NCBI RefSeq assembly: GCF_009914755.1
Contig: NC_060940.1
DNA length: 64,000 nt
Source of the DNA: the human T2T-CHM13v2.0 reference genome, Homo sapiens
Direction: 5' to 3' (one strand)
Part shown: in pieces, positions 58,731 through 64,000 of the stretch
Numbering within the stretch: position 1 is the stretch's first letter
Layout of the letters: every line of letters begins with the position of its first letter
Made by a program: the position numbers and the translations under genes
Notes under the pieces: model-generated
Database searches by the model: none
Seen by the model: the letters and a program-made list of their open reading frames with translations, nothing else
What the model was told of the DNA's origin: nothing

Positions 58731-59558
58731 ATTTTAAGAAGAAAAAATTAGAATAAATGGAATATTTTATAGGGGTGTAAGGATTTGGAAAATTATGATG
58801 TAACTACTTATTGTTGTATTATGCAGTCATTAACTGATGTATTCCTAGAGGAATGGAAGAAAGATTCGTGGTTACCAGGCAGTGAGGATGAAGATGAGAG
58901 TTAATCACAAAGGTTTACAAAGGAATTTTTGGCGGCCGTGGGACAATTGTATCTTGATTATGGTACACGTTTGTCAAAATTCATAAAACTATGCATCAAA
59001 AAGGATGCATTGTACCATATGTAAATTATATCTCAGAAACCTCAAGAAACTTTAAACCTATGTTTCTGATTATTTTGAATGCCATGGGGAAGTTTTAAAA
59101 TTATGCAACTTGAAACAATATTAAGTAACATAAAAATTATGCAGAGGAAAAACGCTAGAAGAAACTATGTCAAAATATTGTACCTATAGTAAATTATCTT
59201 TTGGACAGAGGAGAAAAATGGTGTTTTCTACTTTTTTCATCTTTTTTGTATTTAATTTTGATGATGATAAAATAAGTATATTTTGTTTTAAAAATATGTT
59301 AGACTGTTGAAGTTTCTCTAAACTTTCTTTCAATTGTTTTTGAGTTTAGGGTTCTTCAAACACCACAAGCTACTTTGCTTGTTATCTGCGATCTACTAGA
59401 AAGAGTAGTGAAAACCAAGGACAGCTCCTGAATTTACTGGGGTGGCTTTAGCATGGGCTTGGAATGGGACTAAAAAGCTGTCCCCTCTCATGATCCCATG
59501 GCCTCAAAGCAATAGCTCAGGTCAGGAAACAGGTTTTCTCTCAAATTGCTCTGTAATT

Positions 59559-59578
59559 GCGTGTCCTCTGCTGGCAAA
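59559..59578 (-). promoter_or_regulatory. Candidate CTCF site
   Basis: Minus strand TTGCCAGCAGAGGACACGC resembles the CTCF core. Confidence 0.4.
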
Positions 59579-60407
59579 ATACACTTTCTAGTCCCTGCCT
59601 CCTTTCTCGGGCTTTTATAAACACAAGACATACAGAATACTTGGTAACAGTACAAGAAAAATGGTATTATTATCTAAACACTTGAAGTAGACAATCTCTT
59701 CAAAGCCATTTCATAAATCACATCTTAGAGCTTGTCATAAAATACATACAGCAAAGAAAAATAACAATTGTGTCCTTTGGAAAATGGATTTTAAACTTTC
59801 AACTAAGTTCATCAGAACCTTTTTTCCAAAGGCAATGTATGTTTTTGCTTCCTAGTCTAAATGGTTATGATGGACTGAAGTGTTGGTGAGGAGGCAACAT
59901 TCTAATGAGGACAAGCAGAGAAACCAAGAAACAAGATGAAAAAGCTATAATAAATTATGGATTTTGATAAATTGCCCCACACTGTAGCATTTCAATTACA
60001 GAAACACATAGTTTACACAAGTAATTACTGAAGAAATTACCACAGAAGCACATCCATTCATTGAATTATGAGGCATCAATTCTCTCCCCTTGATTGCATC
60101 TTCAGTTCCAAGAATGGCAATCACAGCTCCACACAAAACTTTAATAACACAATCTTTTTTGGATTAAAAAAACACTATTGGATGAGAAATATGTAAAGAG
60201 ATGATAAGAAAAGGATGTAGATTCATGTTGAGAAACAGAATGCCTTCAATGAGTTAATTGCAAAGCCAGAACTTTGACGATTGGAAGGTGATCACTGGAG
60301 AAGCCTGTTCTGAACATGAGTCCCAATGTTTTCTGAGGGTCTTTGGCATCATGATGAGGGTCAGAAGAGATTATCTAGTGAGGATAAGGTCCAGCAACAA
60401 ATGCATT

Positions 60408-60732
<325 letters not shown>

Positions 60733-60859
60733 CTAACCAATGCATTCTGTTGACATTAGCATGTCATGTGATAAGTCTCAGCAGAAATTTAAGGGCTTTT
60801 AATCTAATACTTTTTGCTATTATTTTGAATAAAATCATGATTTGGTTTGATTTGAATTT

Positions 60860-61335
60860 CCAACTTTTATTTTAGGTTCAGAGGGTACATGTGCAATCTA
60901 CATGTGTAAATCACATATCACAGGGGTTTGATGAACAGATTATTTTGTCACCCAGGTAATAAGCATGGAACCCAATAGATGGTTTTTGAATCCTCATCCT
61001 CCTCCCACCTTCCACCCTCAAGATGGCCCTGATGTCTATCATTCCCTTCTTTGTGTCCATGTGTACTCAGTGTTTAGGCACTTATAAATGAGAACACGCC
61101 ATGTTTGGTTTTCTGTTCTTGTGTTAATTTGCTCAAGATAATGGCCACCAGCTTCATCCATGCTGCTGCAAAGAACATGATCCTACTCTTTTTTTATGGC
61201 TGTATAGTATTCCATGGTGTATAAGTACCATATTTTCTTTATCCAGTCCACTGTTGATGGACATTTTAGGTGGATTCCATGTCTTTGCTATTGTGAATAG
61301 AATACTGTGATGAACATACACTTGCATATGTCTGC
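60860..61335 (-). mobile_element. Older L1PA/L1PB 3' end
   Basis: AACTTTTATTTTAGGTTCAG..ACAGATTATTTTGTCACCCAGGTAATAAGCAT..TTCCATGTCTTTGCTATTGTGAATAG. Confidence 0.88.
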
Positions 61336-61450
61336 CTTCATGACAAAGACTCCAAAAGCAACAGTCTTACTTTCAGTCCAGTGCTTAAATCCTTTCAACT
61401 CAGTGTCCAGTGTATATGTATACACAGATATATGCATGTGCATACATGCC

Positions 61451-61478
61451 CACACACACACACACACACACACACACA
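61451..61478 (+). repeat. (CA)14 microsatellite
   Basis: Direct reading of the sequence. Confidence 0.95.
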
Positions 61479-61489
61479 TAAACCTCCTA

Positions 61490-61942
61490 TAGCAGATCAT
61501 TCTTGGTGCTCCCTCATGTTCCCTCACTCTTATAACTTCAATGCAGACCAACCTAATTTGCAACTCCAAATTCAATGCCTGAGGACTTTCTTTGGCACCA
61601 AAGCACTTTGTTCACCGATTTGGCAGGCTAGAAGTGCAGCCCTCAGCCAAGGACTATCAGGAGTTGGTATATAAATACCCCAGCTCCCTTTCCCATCACA
61701 GGGATAGCTCCGAGGTTTAGGGCCTACACTGTTTCTCAGAAATTTTCCCAGTGGAATTAAGCTTCAGGTGCTCTCCATTGCAATGAGTTATAAAATATAT
61801 ACTTTATTTCTACCTCCTCTTTACTGTCTCATTCCCCATTCCCCTACTGATTTTTCCTGGGATCATCTCTAAAATACCTGACTTGAATCCTTATCTTAGG
61901 ATTTTCTTCGGAAACCAAGTTTGGGGAACCCAAAGTAAGACA
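61490..61942 (+). mobile_element. LTR16-family (ERVL) solo LTR
   Basis: TAAATACCCCAGCTCCCT..TTCCTGGGATCATCTC..GGGGAACCCAAAGTAAGACA end. Confidence 0.72.
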
Positions 61943-63139
61943 TTCCTCATCCTTAAATTTAGGGTAATGATGCTCCCATAGTGAGCATTAAGTGAGAAAA
62001 ATGCATGTAAAATGTCAATCACAGTGCCTGGTTCAAGTAGATGATCATTAATATTTATTATTATTACTGCTACCCCCATTTTTGTTAAAGTATATTTCAT
62101 CACTATCTTCTGCTGTTACCAGCTTCTTGCCATCTCATTTGCTGTCTCTTTCCAAAGCTGTGGCTTTGATCCCCAACCACTAAAATGCAGGCTGACCAAA
62201 GGAGGACAGTAGCCCTGAAGGTATTCATTGGCATCAGTCACTTGTGGCTTCTAAACAGACCTACTACCCGGGTGTCGGGATTCCTCAGGAATCTTTGGGA
62301 AGCAAAACCAATGGAGAACTCAGTGGCGACAAGCTGTGTGTTATTTTTCTGTATTGTAACTGTGCATCTGTGTTTCCCCCTCCTGGCTGGAGCAGAAGCA
62401 GGAGCCACTTCGTGCTGTTGGGTGCAGGCTCTGGTGATGATGCTCAAAGAGTAAAGGTTATTGGTCCCAGACATGACAGTTTCCTCTCCAGGGGCCATAA
62501 ACAGTAGTGGCTCCAGAATCCAAGCAAAAAGGTGAATGAGAAAAACAGAGTAATGTAGTACATGATGAGCTGGAGAATGGGAACCCAGCCTAAAGAATTT
62601 TAAATTAAGATATTTAAAAACTGTGTGAGAGCCAAGAAATCCATATATAGCCCCACAAAATGTGCACCCCCGCCTTTGCCTGAACCCAGCCTTAACAGTT
62701 TACAAAGTTTTGTTGCAGTCTACAAACCATTTACGAAGCATTTGGCCCTCTTTACAATCTTGTGTGGTCAGCCGGAATTTATTATCAGAATCTCCATTTT
62801 AGAGTGCAAGGAATTGAAGACCTCAACATTTAAATGACTCTTCTAAGAAAAGAGCACACAGTTAAAACTCATGAAATATCTGATTCTAAATACTGCGTTG
62901 TTTCTATGAACACACTCAGGGGTGGGGTCTTCGGGGACAGAATCCCTTTCATAAGGTTGTGGAGAGCTGAATCACCCATGAACTCAACTCTTGTTGAAAA
63001 GGGAGAGTCCTCAAAAGAGTGAGTATGATTCATGGGAACTCATCCATGTGAGCAGATCAGTCACTCAAAGAGGATAATAAACTCACAGAATAAAGGACAA
63101 GAGGATATTCGACGTGAGGTCAGGACTTTTCATTCATGG

Positions 63140-63566
63140 GGTATACTGGGTCGAATGCTGCCCCTCAAATTCATGTCCAGCCAGGACCTCAGAATGTGTC
63201 CTTATTTGAAAATAGGGTTTTTGCTAACATGATTAAGGTAAAGAGTGAGGTGAGATCTTATTGGATTTTGGACCCTAAACCCAGTGAATATCCTCATAAG
63301 AGACAGATAAAGACACACATGAAGAAGGCCATGTGAAGATGGGGGCAGAGGTTGGAGTGATGCTGCCATAAGCCAAGGGACACCTGGAACCACCAGAAGC
63401 TGGAGAAGGCAAGAATTCTGCCCTTGAGCCTTCAGAGGGAGCATGCCCCTGCTGACGCCTTGGTTTCTGACTTCTGGCCTCCAGAACCATGAGATAATGT
63501 ATATCTATTGTCTTCAACCACTGAATTTGTGGTCATTTATCACAGCAGTCCCAGAAAGCTATAACA
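63140..63566 (+). mobile_element. MLT1B/C solo LTR
   Basis: AAATTCATGTCC..ACCTCAGAATGTG..CCACCAGAAGCTGGA..GACTTCTGGCCTCCAGAAC. Confidence 0.87.
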
Positions 63567-63599
63567 TGAGATGATTGCCTAGGTGCAAGGGGATAAGGA

Positions 63600-63830
63600 C
63601 TCACCATGCACCAGGCACTGAACTTTCACAACCATCCTAACATGGAATCATCAGGAAGCTCCTGTGGGACAGATAACATCGTGTTCATTGTATAGGTGAG
63701 GGAGCTAAGGTTCAGAGAGGGTAAGTGAGTCACTCAATATCACACAGCCCCCTAGAGGGCAGAGCAGAGATAGATCAAGCTCACAGCTGTGTTTTCAATC
63801 AGCGCTGAGTTGAAGTGTGATTGTGGGACT
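63600..63830 (-). mobile_element. MIR carrying AP-1 and CTCF-like motifs
   Basis: AAGGTTCAGAGAGGGTAAGTGA..TCACACAGC; TGAGTCA at 63726-63732; CAGCCCCCTAGAGGGCAG at 63745-63762. Confidence 0.75.
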
Positions 63831-64000
63831 CACAAAGAATAAGTATGCCCCCCCTACTCTATGCTGAATGAGCTATCCTTTCTGCTCTGTTGCCTCACCC
63901 CTATTTCCCAGGGACAACAAAATGCACATGTGTTTCAATCCAGCCTCTTTGGACTACAAGTGGTGTAAGTTAACTCGCTTAAATCAAAATAAGCAACTGA

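Overview
Primate (very likely human) genomic DNA with no protein-coding exon, RNA gene, CpG island or CRISPR array that I can support, so it is intergenic or deep-intronic. Much of the window is transposable-element fossil: about 24 Alus (J, S and Y types), primate L1PA 3' ends, old L1M/L1ME remnants, a long L2, many MIRs, MaLR solo LTRs (THE1, MST, MLT1), ERV1/ERVL solo LTRs, and hAT/Tigger DNA transposons. Every recognisable ORF in the track derives from Alu, L1 or LTR sequence. The most unusual structure is two independent ancient rearrangements with the same architecture: a direct duplication A...A' flanking an inverted copy of a nearby segment, with 3-4 bp junction microhomology (about 11.9-15.4 kb and 51.0-52.8 kb). 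A third, similar direct duplication lies at 37.3/39.0 kb. There are also three candidate CTCF sites and a few enhancer-like motif clusters. I found no evidence for a novel gene system. Repeat subfamily names come from recall of consensus sequences by eye and need RepeatMasker/Dfam confirmation.
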